Of a stretch of 64,000 nucleotides of DNA, positions 1 through 10,424 are shown in pieces. The stretch is from the NCBI GenBank assembly GCA_965644315.1, contig CBFFRQ010000094.1, forward strand, positions 245,443 through 309,442, given 5' to 3'. Both the position numbers and the translations under genes were made by a program. The stretch is from Caecitellus pseudoparvulus (taxonomy: Eukaryota > Protista > Bigyra: Bicosoecida). Each line of letters opens with the position of its first letter. The first letter of the stretch is position 1. The notes under the pieces were generated by a model. The model saw only the letters and a list, made by a program, of their open reading frames with translations. It ran no database searches and was not told the origin of the DNA.

Positions 1-472
1 CACCCTCAGCCCACGCGTGCACATCCACGGTGCGATGCCCTTTCAACGCCAGCAGCTCGCGCACCAAGTCTACATTCCCACTAGCACAGGCAAGTCGGAA
101 GCCAGCTTCCGGTCCTTGCCAGTCCTCCAAATGCACGTCGATGGCTTGCTTCCCGCGCAACGCCAGCAGCTCGCGCACCGCCTCAAGACGACCATGGCTG
201 CAGGCTGCTTTGAACGCCTTGCCGAACGCACCGGTGCCGTCAAGGCCTCGCCCTGCCGTCCCTTTCAGCACCTTGCGCAGCGCGGCCAGGTTGCCTTGCG
301 CACATGCCAAGCTGGCAGTCAACGCGATCTCACCCACGGAAGCCGATCCCGCGTTGCCTGCGGTGCTTTGAAAGATACCCTGCAAGATGGACAGGCCCCC
401 AGAAAGGTCCAATTCCGTGCTCACAACTGTCATTTGGCCGGACCCATCGAAAGAAAAGACTCGTGCGCTCAT
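1..472 (-). CDS. Ankyrin-repeat protein, N-terminal part (runs off the left edge of the window)
   Basis: Manual translation from ATG at 472 is stop-free to position 1: MSARVFSFDG...LACAQGNLAALRKVL...KAFKAACSHGRLEAVRELLALRGKQAIDVHLEDWQGPEAGFRLACASGNVDLVRELLALKGHRTVDVHAWAEG. It shows the ankyrin-like A-C-x-x-G...V-R-E-L-L...D-V-H pattern with a 38-aa (114-bp) period; gccagcagctcgcgcacc occurs at both 48 and 162. In-frame stops lie upstream of 472. It is absent from the ORF track because there is no stop in the window. Confidence 0.85.
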   Translation of the reverse strand, partial: MSARVFSFDGSGQMTVVSTELDLSGGLSILQGIFQSTAGNAGSASVGEIALTASLACAQGNLAALRKVLKGTAGRGLDGTGAFGKAFKAACSHGRLEAVRELLALRGKQAIDVHLEDWQGPEAGFRLACASGNVDLVRELLALKGHRTVDVHAWAEG

Positions 473-937
473 GACGTGCAGTGCTCAGTTTCCGCTCCTC
501 GCGTTGCGAGCTCACTCCCTGCGCAGGTGCTGCTCAACGTGTGCGCTGACAGGTGCGGGAAAGGCGAAAACAGCAACTTAGTACTCACAAATAAGACGTG
601 GCGCTGCTTTCACTTGGCTTGACTGGCGGCTTGTGCGGTGCTGGTGGATTGTGCGCCACGCTGCACACTGCGCTCAAAACAGCGCACCTGCGCAGCACCA
701 CCACGCCGCGCCGGTGCCTGCAACGCGAGGGGCGCGAGGGGGGTCGCGGCCTTGGGCGCGGCGGCATGGCGCAGTCAAGCACCACGCCAGCGACACGGTC
801 CAGTGGTGGACAAAACAAAACATCAAAGGTAAATCTAGTGCCTCACGGTGACAGCCTTGAAACGGTTGAATTGCGCAGAGCAGCGGGCTCCTGCGAGGGT
901 GGCACCCTGCTGCCAAACGTCGAAAGACATTTCAGCC

Positions 938-3900
938 TCAGGCTTCCGCCTTGCTCTCTGTAGTGGAGCCATCTTCGCTTTCTGCTTCGGCAGCGGCTTC
1001 TGCGGCAGCCGTGCCGAGCGCCTTGTGGCGGGCGGAGTTGCGTTGCAGCTGCTGCACGCGGGAGTCAATGGCCGGGTACAGGTCAGCCAAGGCACTCCAC
1101 AGGGGCAGCAGGACAAAGTCACAGAAGCCCTGCTGCAGCATGCCCGCACCTCCCGGCTTGTCCAGGGTGTGCATGAAGGGCGTGGGCGGCAGGCCAAGGT
1201 GCGTTTCCATGGCTGCCTGCTGGCCGAATTCCGCAACGACGCAGGCCGACCACTGGTTCGCGACGGGCCAGGGCGTGGCTTGGCCGGAGATGTCGGCACA
1301 GTGCAGCAGGATTTCACACAGGCGCGTGCGCAGGCTGTCGTCGTCTACCACTAGGTCCACCGCCTCGCCTGCGGGTGGTGCGGCAAACGCTGCAGCCTGG
1401 CCGTCCGATGGCGTGGTGGAGGGCGCCGCGGTGCTGTCGCCGCCGCCTGACGCAGTGGGCGATTCGTCCCGCACAACGATGGGCAGGACTGCCTGAGTGC
1501 CAGGTTGGAAGGCGGTGGCGGCACCGGCCTCGTCGTCTGCCGGAGGCGGCAGCGGCACGGCTGGGTGCAGCACTGGCGCTGACAGGGCCTTGATGGCATT
1601 CACCACTTCCACGTGGCGCGACATGTCCGTGGCGAGGATGGAGGACACCATGAGGTCGCGCACGCGGCGCTGCGTGTCTGGCGGCAGGAAGGCGAAAACG
1701 GCAAAGGCGGGTGTGCGCAGGAGTGTGCAGAGGGACGACGAGTGGTGGTTCTCCAGCACGCTGCGGTCGTTGTAACGCAGCGCGAGTGGCGCGTTGGCCT
1801 CCACGAGGAAGGTGTTGGAGACGCCGGGGTGGTCGATGTCGTGCCCCAGTGCAGCCACGAGCAGGGCCAGTGTCTCTTCCGCCGGCAGGGCGGTGTGGGC
1901 GGCAGTCTCGCGCACCAGGCAGTAAGTAGCCTGGGACACGTGCAGGCCGTGAAACGCATTGTGGAACTCGTTCGTGGGGCAGTACGAGCCCAGGGCGGCG
2001 TCGGCGAAGCACAGCACCGTGCCCAGGTCCAGCCCTGGCAGACGCTTGAACAGGTCCAGAGCGCTCAGGAACCGGGCGAAGACTGGCGCGAACAGTTCCC
2101 GCGGAAATGCCCACGGCTCAAAGGCCCAGGAGTCAATGCTGGGCAGCTGCCCCTCCAGGGTCACTTCGATCCAGGCTGCCACCAACTCATGGGGGGGGCG
2201 GCGGGCCACTGGGAACACGGCGTGGCAGCCCGTACTCAGAACACGGCGGGAGCGAGCCTCCAGCGCGTCAGTCGTGAGGGGCGGCATGCCGTGCAGCGTG
2301 GTGGGGTGGGGCGGAGTCGCGTGCACGTCAGCGCCCCCTGCCGCAGGCACACCCCCCGCCGCCGCACCGCCCTTGTGGATGTGCTGCAGCGCCGTCTGCA
2401 GGGTGCTGCCCGCTGACGTGCTGGGCTCCAGGGCGGAGGGGGCGTCTGCCGAGGAGGGGGAGGTGGAGGAGGGCAGGCTGGTGGGGGAGGCGGGAGGGGA
2501 GGACCGCCCCCCCTCTTCGTCCACGTGAAAGGCATGCAGGCCCTCCACATCCAGCGTGGCCAGGGTGGGTGCCTGGGCACCTGCGACGGGGGAGTCCTGC
2601 GTGGACAGGGGGGCTTGGGGGACGAGAAGCCGGGGGCGTCGTCGGGGTGGGCGGGATCGTGCACGACGAGGGGGGGTGGGATGGCCCCCCCCCCGCCACC
2701 CCCCTGGGGCGTGTCGTGGCTGGCTGCTCGCGCGGACGCCAAGTCGTCCGAGACGGGGGTCATGACGTGCACCCCCCCTGCCGAGACCTTGCGGGGGGGG
2801 GGCACCACCACCGTCGGCCCTGCCAGACCTGCCAGGGCCCGCACGCGCCCTGCAAGAAGTGCGCCACCCCCCCCTGCACACCCCTCAGGGGGGGGTGGGC
2901 TGCCTCGCCCCGTCGTCATGGTGTCCACGGTGGTCATGGAGGGCGTGCGGGTGACGTGGCCGCTGCCCCTGGCGCCACTTCCAGCGCTGACGACACTGGT
3001 GCGTGGTGCGGCGGTGGAGGGGGGTGAGGGGGGTCCGTTCCCCGGCGCACCTCCCCCTCCAGAGGAGCTGCCCTCTCCAAAGAAGTCTGCGGTGCCGTCA
3101 CGGGGGGTGGACCACATGGGCCCACCCTCCGCTTCTGAAGCGGGGCTGGTGGCGGGGGCTGGACCCATGGCCGACAAATGCGCCAACATGCCCGCCGCCC
3201 CAGAGCTCGCTGACCGAGGCAGCGACCCCTCTGGCACCAGCGGCGCGACGCTGCCACTGCCGCGGCTGGGGGCTCGGAAGGACTTGGAGGAGGGCAGCGC
3301 CCCCATGCTGGAACGGCGCAGGGCCTTGGCTGCGTGCAGCGGCGTGGCGCCGGGCGGCACCCCCCCCGCCACATTCAGCGCCTCACGGTGCACCGCTGAA
3401 CCGAGGGGGGTGACGGCGCCAGAGGGTGCCGCGGCGCGACTGCCCCCCGGCACCATCCACTGCGTGTAGCTGGCCAGGAAGGACTGCATGGCCAGTTGCC
3501 GCTCATTGGCGCTCATGAGGCCTCGGCGGCCAGAGGGCTCTGCCTGCTCCAGCAGCAGGCTGGGCAGGGCGGCGGCGGCTTCATCTGGGTGCTGGGGGGA
3601 GAGGGCCGGGGACAGGGGGGGGATACTGGGGCGGCTGCGGCGGCGGACACGGCCGCTCTCGGCACTGCCGCTGCCTGACAGCGCGGACAGCGTGCGGTGC
3701 AGGGTGGAGGGGCGCGCTGAGGGGCTGAGTGCGGCGCCCTCCCGGTCTGGCCCAAAGGCGCGCGCGAACAACAGCATCTCCATGCTGTGCCGTGCCAGCG
3801 CCCCCACCATCTCCGCACAGCAGGCCTCCAGCACTGCCGCGTCGTCTGCGGAGAAATCGACAAAGGGACTGGAGTCGGACAGCACCCGGGCCATGCTGGG

Positions 3901-6900
3901 GGTGGCGTCAGCGGGGGCAGATGCGACGCGTTTCAACTCGGCAGTGGGCAGAGCAGGGGGGTGCGGGCTGGTGGACCCATCCCCCCCGCTGGCGCTGGCG
4001 CTGCCCACGGGTGACGTGGAGATGGACAGGCCGGGGAAGTGCACCCCACCTGGGGCAGAGCCAGAAGCAGTGGCGGACACGGATCGGGTGATGCCAGTGC
4101 CTGCAGTGGTGGTGGCGGGGGGCGGCACGGGGGGCGTCGCGTGTGCCAGGGCGCTGTGCAGGGACGCAGCCATGTTGGTCAGGGGGGGTGGCGGCTGCTG
4201 GCGTGCAGCACCACCAGCGGCTTCCCGCCCCAGGACGATGGGCTCAGGTCCCCCGGTGGGTCCCAGGGCGGGTGAGGTGGGGGAGGAGGAGGGCGTGGTG
4301 GAGGGCGAGGAGGTGAAGGGCATGGGCCCAGTCATGGAGGCGAGGGTGCGGGGGGTGGGCCCTCCCCCCGCGCCCTCTGGCTCCGCGTCCACGGAGTTGG
4401 ACAGCGTCGCGCGCGGGCCCATGCTGCTGCCGCTGGCGTTGAGTGCGGCCAGGGCGGCGAGGGAGAGGGCTGTGGCGTCACTGTCCCCGCCGCCGCCGCC
4501 TCGTGGGGAGGGTAGCAGCTCAGACACAGTGCGTGAGCGGGGGCGCCCACGGGGGGTGCTGCTGGAGACGGAGGTGGTGGTGCCCCCCCCTTCAGCGCCC
4601 CCCCCCCCACGGGGGGTGATGACGCGCCATCGGGTGGAGGTGCCCCCCTCCTCCCCCCCCCGTGACGGCGGGCTGACAGACCGTGTGCGAGACGCCTTGA
4701 GGCGGGTGGCGGGGGAGGAGAAGGAGGGGGGGGGTGCATCCCCCCCCCCCGCCGCCGCCGCGCGCCGCGCCTTCTCGAACGGCGACAGCTTGTTCAGCGC
4801 CTGCACCACCGCCACGACGCGCCCCGCTGAATCCTTCACCGGCATGCACAGCACAGAGCGGGTGCGGTACCCAGTGCGTTTGTCAGTGCCGGGGTTGAAC
4901 CGGGCGTCGCGGTACGCATCACGCACATTCAGCATGGTGCCTGAGCTGGCCACAGCCCCCGCCAGGCCGACAGTCATGGGGAACCGCCAGCCGTCGATGT
5001 CCCCTCGAGACACCGCCACCCACAGCTCAGAGCGGGCGTGGTCGACGAGGTACAGTGTCACGCGGTCGGCGCCGAGAGCGCGGTACACCGCCGCCATGAT
5101 GCGTTCCAGCAGCTTGTACACGTCGGTCTCCACGCTGGTGGCCTTGACGATGTCCAGCAGTGCCGCCGTCTGCCGCTGGGCCTGGGCGATGTCCTCGAAC
5201 AGCAGTGCCTTCTGCAGGCACACGCCGACGCTGGCGGCGACGCCCTCGGCCACCTCCAGGTCGGAGGGGGTGAAGGGCACGACGGGGGGGGGGCCATCCC
5301 CCCCCAGGATGAGCCAGTCCACGCCCCCTCCTCCCGGGCCGGACGCGGGAGGGGCAGGCAGGTGAGGGGGCGCTCCAGGCGGCAAGGCGCCGGGCGCGCC
5401 CCCCCGCACCATGGGCGCACTGTCCGCACGAGCTGAGATCGTGTAGGGTGTGGGCGAGGGCGGGGACATGCGCCCCCCCCCCTGCCCCGCCAGGGGGGAC
5501 CCCCCCACCCCGGACAGGGACACTGACGTCACCTCCGCTGCCGACCCCAGGTCGCTCCCGTCCTCTGACGTGTAGCTGAATGTGCGCAGGCGCGCTGTGG
5601 CGCCCTGGCGTGAGGGGCTGGCCATGGCACTGCGGTTGGCAGTGCTGGCGGTGATGAGGCGGAGGGAGGGGGAGGGGGGTCAGGGGGGCTGGCGCGGCGA
5701 AGTGGTGGAGGCTGGCGCGGAGGTGGTGGTGACGGAGGGATGGGGGGGGGGTGCCGCCGGGCGCCGGGGGGGGGGCGTGTCCCCACCCCCCCCCCCCCAC
5801 CGTCACGTTGGGCGCGCGGGCAGTGGTGGCGGACAGGGCGTTGGTTAGGGGGGTTGGAGGGGGGGGTCCGCCCCCCCCCCCCATCTTGTTCACCACCTGG
5901 ATCACCGCCACCACCTTGCCCGAGCTGTTCTTCACTGGCACCGCCATGACCGACACAGCGTTCACGCCTGTGGGCAGCTCCAGGGGGGCCCCGGGGGTGG
6001 ACCCCAGTCCCCCCCCCGCCACAGCACTCTTGCGTCGACGGTGGGGGCGGGGTCCGCTGCGCAGGAACTGCTGTGCCGTGGCCGGGCCCAGAGCAGAGGC
6101 AGCCCGCAGGTGGCCGATGCCGGCCGTGTTCCGGCTCATGCTGGCTGCAGAGGAAGAACGCTGCATGGCAGAGAGGCTTGAGACGCGGGGGCGGGGGGGG
6201 GGCAGGGCGCCTGCCTCGGAGTCTTCGTGGGAGGGGGACGAGCCAGGCAGGCCGCCGCCGCCGCCGCCGCCGGGGGTGGGCCCACCGGCGCACTCTGGGC
6301 GCGTGACGTCACACTGGTCCACTGTGAAGTCAAAGTGGGGGTGGGTGTGGGCGTTGCTCACGACCAGCGGCGTGCCCAGGTGGGCCGCCCACCCCACGAT
6401 GCCGTGCTTCAGCGGCAACTTGATGGGCACTGCGACCGGCGCAGCGGAGCCGAGGGGCGAGCGAGGGGGCAGGGGCTGCAGCCAGCACAAGTGCCCAGAC
6501 GTGTGGTCCACCAGGAAGAAGTTCACGGTGGCGGCGTGCAGCAGCCACTGCAGGCGGCGGGACACCTGTGCCGCCAGGGAAGGAACATCAACTTCCGCAG
6601 CCAGCTCCTTGGTCAGTTGCAGCAGCGTCACGTTCACGTGTTGCACCGCCTCCGACTCCAAAACCACGCTCATGGAGTGCATGCGCTGCGAAGGGCGGCG
6701 GCGTGGCGCGTGAGATGGCCAAGTGGCAGGGCGGCGGCGGCGGCGGCACAAGACGCTGCTGGCGACACGTCGGCTGCACCTGCCGACAAGCCCCGCAGCG
6801 CACGGGGAGCTGCCCGGCGCGGCGCAGGGACGGCACCACGCACCATGCGAGCCACAGCAGTGATGGCCTGCAGCAGCTCCTGCTCCTCTGGCGAGAAGGG

Positions 6901-7454
6901 CGCGGCGGCAGCGTCAGCCTTGGGCCGGCAGCGTGACACCTGCAGCGCAGCCACCGGCGCTTGAGAGTTGTTCAGAATGGGCGCAGCCATGACGCTGCCC
7001 ACCGCCGTGGCGGGCGGGATGAGGTATGCGTCCTGGAACGGCTGCTCTTGAGAGACGTCTGTGCGGAGGCGCATGGTTCAATGGTGCGGGGAGGCTCGCT
7101 GCGGGGCGTTTCGCAGCGCGCCGACCCTCACCGCCAACGCGCACAGGCGCATTCCTGCTCCACGCAACCCCCGCGACACTGCTGATGCCCGAGGGGAATC
7201 CCTGCGATGCGTGCCCCGCGGACTGTGGCTGCAACGCCAGGCGCCCGCCAGACTCAGGCGGCGCTTACCGGACCAGCGTGACAGTGCGCCGGCAACAACA
7301 GGCCACCACCGCCCACTGTGAAGACCTCCGCTGCGTCACACTGGATGAGCTGCCGAGTGCATGTGCCCAGGGAGAGGAAGAGGCTGTCCAGCGTGGCCGC
7401 CCCTTCTGTCAGGTGCACCAGCTGAGCGACAGCCGTCGCCATGGACCCTGCCAT
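938..7454 (-). CDS. GAF-domain class I 3',5'-cyclic nucleotide phosphodiesterase (3 GAF-like domains + PDEase_I catalytic domain), ~2,070 aa after splicing and frameshift correction
   Basis: Catalytic motifs in ORF 938..2881: FHNAFH, ALGHDIDHPGVSN, YNDRSVLENHH, ILATDMSRH, HCADIS, EFGQQ, QQGFCDF. A canonical GAF lies in ORF 2236..5625 (ADRVTLYLVD...GLAGAVA...NVRDAYRDARFNPGTDKRTGYRTRSVLCMPV...VVAVVQALNK). A second GAF lies in ORF 5027..6751 (GIVGWAAHLGTPLVVSNAHTHPHFD...SVMAVPVKNSSGKVVAVIQVVNK). A degenerate GAF is assembled from exons 7454-7269, 7201-7132 and 7058-6844. The frames join through phase-consistent introns and apparent 1-nt indels in G-runs near 5668-5679 and 2608-2621. Confidence 0.88.
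2190..6275. repeat. Low-complexity region with dense poly-G runs (+ strand) encoding Pro/Gly/Ser/Ala-rich inserts of the PDE
   Basis: Many G or C runs of 6-12 nt (e.g. 2685-2704, 2793-2802, 4731-4750, 5742-5798, 5860-5882), plus a GCC trinucleotide run near 6251-6271. Confidence 0.8.
6686..6843 (-). other. PDE intron 3 (158 nt, phase 0; boundaries less certain)
   Basis: GTGCGT donor at 6843, CTCAC branch-like motif, and TTCGCAG acceptor ending at 6686. It is needed to move from ORF 6670..7074 into the ORF 5027..6751 frame. Confidence 0.55.
7059..7131 (-). other. PDE intron 2 (73 nt, phase 1)
   Basis: GTGAGG donor at 7131 and CACAG acceptor ending at 7059. G+AC=Asp gives the GAF-like PVRVGDVSQEQPF...SVMAAPILN. 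Confidence 0.7.
7202..7268 (-). other. PDE intron 1 (67 nt, phase 0)
   Basis: GTAAGC donor at 7268 and CGCAG acceptor ending at 7202. Joins ...HCHAGP to GFPSGISSVAGVAW in frame. Confidence 0.7.
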
Positions 7455-8493
7455 GTTGCTGCTGGCGTTTCGGGCTCGACCAGCCCGGCGGCGTGGCAGC
7501 GCGCTACCCGCGCACCACTCACTGCGCCGCACTCGGGCAGCGATAGCTTGATCAGTCCTTAGCCCAGGCATGGGGTGTGGCGCGGAGAGGGTGATCGGGG
7601 TGAATTTGGCAGGGGCGTCGCACTGCGAGTTGCCGCTGGTGCCTGTTGACGGATTACCAGTTTGGCAGGCAAGTCTTCTAACCACAGACGCGTCGCCGCA
7701 GCCTGGGGAACGGCTGCAGGGGGCTGGCCTACTTCTGTGCCTGTGCCGTGTCTGTCTGCAGCCTGGACACTGTGCAAGGCTCAGTGTCGCTGATCATGTG
7801 CTACTTGGTTTGCCAATTTCCGCAAGGATCATGAGCACTCGGCTTGGTTCTGCAAGACCAAGGCAAGTAAGCTGCGCAAACTGTCTCCAAACAACCCATT
7901 CTGTACAGGTTTGCCCTGCACATCGACCCCTCATGCCCGCTCCGTGAGTGTGTGAGGCAGAGATGCGTCGCTCAACCCCCAGCGCACCTCGGGCACAGGC
8001 CCGATAAAGAAGTCGCCACCGCTCCCACAGCAGAGGCGCTGGGACAAAATCTAGTATTTTTGGAACATCCTTGTATGTTGAGTGGGGCATTGGTGCATGA
8101 AAGAGAGAGAAACTGACTCGAGTCTGAGTAAAGTTCAAGAAAAATGGCTTTGCGGAAATTGAAAAAGTGTGCGAGATGAGACATAGCCACAGAGACCCCT
8201 GCGTGGTGAATAACAATTAGCTGTTGAAACTTGCCCATGTCCGACAGCCCGTGGTAAAGCACCCTTTTCTTCCTCTCACAAACAAGGCCTGCTGAAAGGC
8301 AGCACGCTCATTTGATCACTTGGATACGCATTTGTTGTCAATCTGAGCAGAGTGGCAGATCTGCTCAATGACTCCTGTTTCAGCTACCTCGTCGCCCGCC
8401 TGCCCTGCCGCCAAGAGGAGAGTGTGCCAACGAGCAGACACGCAGCTGGGTACTACATGCCTCGAACTGCATCGTGCTTGAGTGAACCCAAGT

Positions 8494-9722
8494 TCAGGGT
8501 GCATTTGAGCCCTCAGCAGCAGCGGCAGCAGCAGCGGTGGTGGGCGTATCGCTTGATGGCTCGGGCTCACCAGCCTCCCCCGGCGCAGGCGACACAGGTC
8601 GAATGGTCCAGTCAATTTCAGGCTCGCTCAGTCCCGCCAGGTGCTCGTTAACCTGCCGGAAGTGGCCGCAGCCGAAGAAGCCTCGAAACGCTGACAGGGG
8701 TGAAGGGTGTGGGCTGCGCAGCACAAGGTGGCGTGACGTGGACACCAGCTTGGCCTTGCTTTGGGCAGGCTTGCCCCACAGCAAGAACGCCACGTCCTTG
8801 CACTGCTTGGACACGTGGCGAATGGCGGCATCTGTGAAGGTCTCCCAGCCTTGCTTGGCGTGGGAATGCGCTGCGCCGGCACGGACGGTGAGCACAGTGT
8901 TCAGAAGCAGCACACCTTGCTGCGCCCAGCAAGTCAAGTCCCCACATCCAGGCGTGTCTGCGTGTGCGGGGGCAGCGGAGGGTGTGGCACTCGGTGACGG
9001 TGTGGCGAGGCAGGCCGGGGCACGCACTGGCCGACCCTGCAGGCAGGGCCGTGGCCGCTTCCTTCACGATGTTGCGGAGGGAGGGGGGCAGGGGCTTGAC
9101 CCCTGCAGGCACAGAAAAGCTCAGGCCGTGGGCTTGCCCGTGGCCGTGGTAGGGGTCTTGCCCCAGCACCACCACTCGCACTCTGTCCAGAGGCGTGTGC
9201 TGGAAGGCTGCAAAGGTGGCCGCTTCTGGGGGGAAGACAGTGCAGGAGGACCGCTGCTTGGCCACAAATGCCATGAGGTCTCGGAAGTACGGCTTGCCGC
9301 ATTCTTCACGGAACAGGGCATGCCAGGACGGGTGCACGGTGGCAGCTGGCGGGCCTGCGGCATTTGAAAGGTCGCCGCTGAGTGAAGGCCGCTCTCCAGC
9401 GCAGCCTAGGCCCACGCACACGTCTCTGCCATATCTGCCTCAAACGCTTCAATACTCAGCGACATCTGCGGCGACGCCTCTGCTCGTCGAGCTGCCTTGG
9501 TGCCTGTGTCTGGAAGGGAGCAGCGTGGCAGGCACTTGTGGCGTGTCTGTCCAGGGCCTGGCCCACGCACCCGTCCCAGCGCCTTGCGCCTCCCCATCTG
9601 AGCCCGAATCGGAGCGCCCCCGCTTCCCTGCGCAGCAGAAACCACCACGTTGCAGTGCTTGGCGTGGGCGCAATCCCAAGCCGGCCCTGCTCACCTTGCC
9701 GTTTGAAGAAGCTGGTGATCAT
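8494..9722 (-). CDS. UNG: Family 1 uracil-DNA glycosylase, 5 exons (9722-9695, 9627-9571, 9509-9420, 9354-9028, 8957-8494), 321 aa
   Basis: Motifs [65 protein letters not shown] and IDW are all present. Four phase-1 GT-AG introns (9694-9628, 9570-9510, 9419-9355, 9027-8958) join the frames, and the summed exon length of 966 nt is divisible by 3. The N-terminus [14 protein letters not shown] has a PIP-box-like motif and a basic NLS-like patch. Confidence 0.93.
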
Positions 9723-10364
9723 GGCGCTTCTCCCCACACCGAACCACAACAGGCAGGCAGGGCCAACGTGCAAGGCATTCGGCGCAAATTGCGGGCTGTG
9801 CATGCTGTGTTTTTTCGCTTCGCTGAGAGCTTTGCGCTTGCGGGCAAGCGGGGTGCTGGGGCCCCCTCAGAGTTGACTGGAGGGGGGCTCCTGCAAGCAC
9901 GGCATTCCACCGCTCCTGATGGCGAGTGACACGCCAGAGACGCCGCGTGGGCTGTGCTGCCCCGCGATCTACGCGCTCCTAGGCCGATCTAGGGGCAGCA
10001 CGCGCCAGAGAATCACCGAAGAGGTGTTTGAATTGCATTGGCCGTCGTGACACGGCCTGCCGGCGCGCTCAAGGGGCACTGGGGCTGGCGTTCCTGTCAC
10101 AGGAGAGATGGCGTGGCGGCCATGTTGCCGGCGGACGGGCAGGGTGTCTTGAGGAACAAGCGCAGGCCCACCCACCACATTTTCAACCTGACCAATCCAG
10201 CCTTCGCATCGATTTCGATGCTGTTGCAGTGATTTCCTTCCCTTACCTCCCTGCTTTGCATTGCAAAGCACGCCTAACAGGACGTTCCCAGGCCAAGTGT
10301 CGCTGTGCGAGCTCAAGCGCACGTGCCGCGCCTTGCCGCGCTCGTCCCATGCTCCCGAGCGACC
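9723..10364. promoter_or_regulatory. Divergent (head-to-head) intergenic region between UNG and the giant secreted protein gene; presumed bidirectional promoter / 5' UTRs
   Basis: The inferred start codons at 9722 (-) and 10365 (+) point away from each other ~640 bp apart. No convincing coding sequence lies between them and no specific motif was identified. Confidence 0.4.
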
Positions 10365-10424
10365 ATGGGTGGCTTGGCAGCTCTCTTGGCAGCATCCCTT
10401 GCTGCCAGCGTGGCTGCTACCGCC
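10365..10424 (+). other. Predicted N-terminal signal peptide of the giant protein
   Basis: MGGLAALLAASLAASVAATA has a hydrophobic Ala/Leu core and ends in A-x-A, followed by a polar/acidic mature sequence (IPSVEFTDG). Confidence 0.75.

Noticed and set aside
17-963. + strand ORFs 17..622, 30..371 and 598..963
   Set aside because: Antisense to the ankyrin gene or intergenic GC-rich noise; no motifs.
951-6964. Long + strand ORFs overlapping the PDE (e.g. 3488..5365, 5751..6713, 2525..3469)
   Set aside because: Antisense shadows of a GC-rich gene with no recognisable motifs.
938-7074. Treating ORFs 938..2881, 2236..5625, 5027..6751 and 6670..7074 as four separate genes
   Set aside because: GAF domains span the ORF junctions (e.g. 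the closing helix of GAF2 is in the next ORF), and the joins are explained by introns or 1-nt G-run indels.
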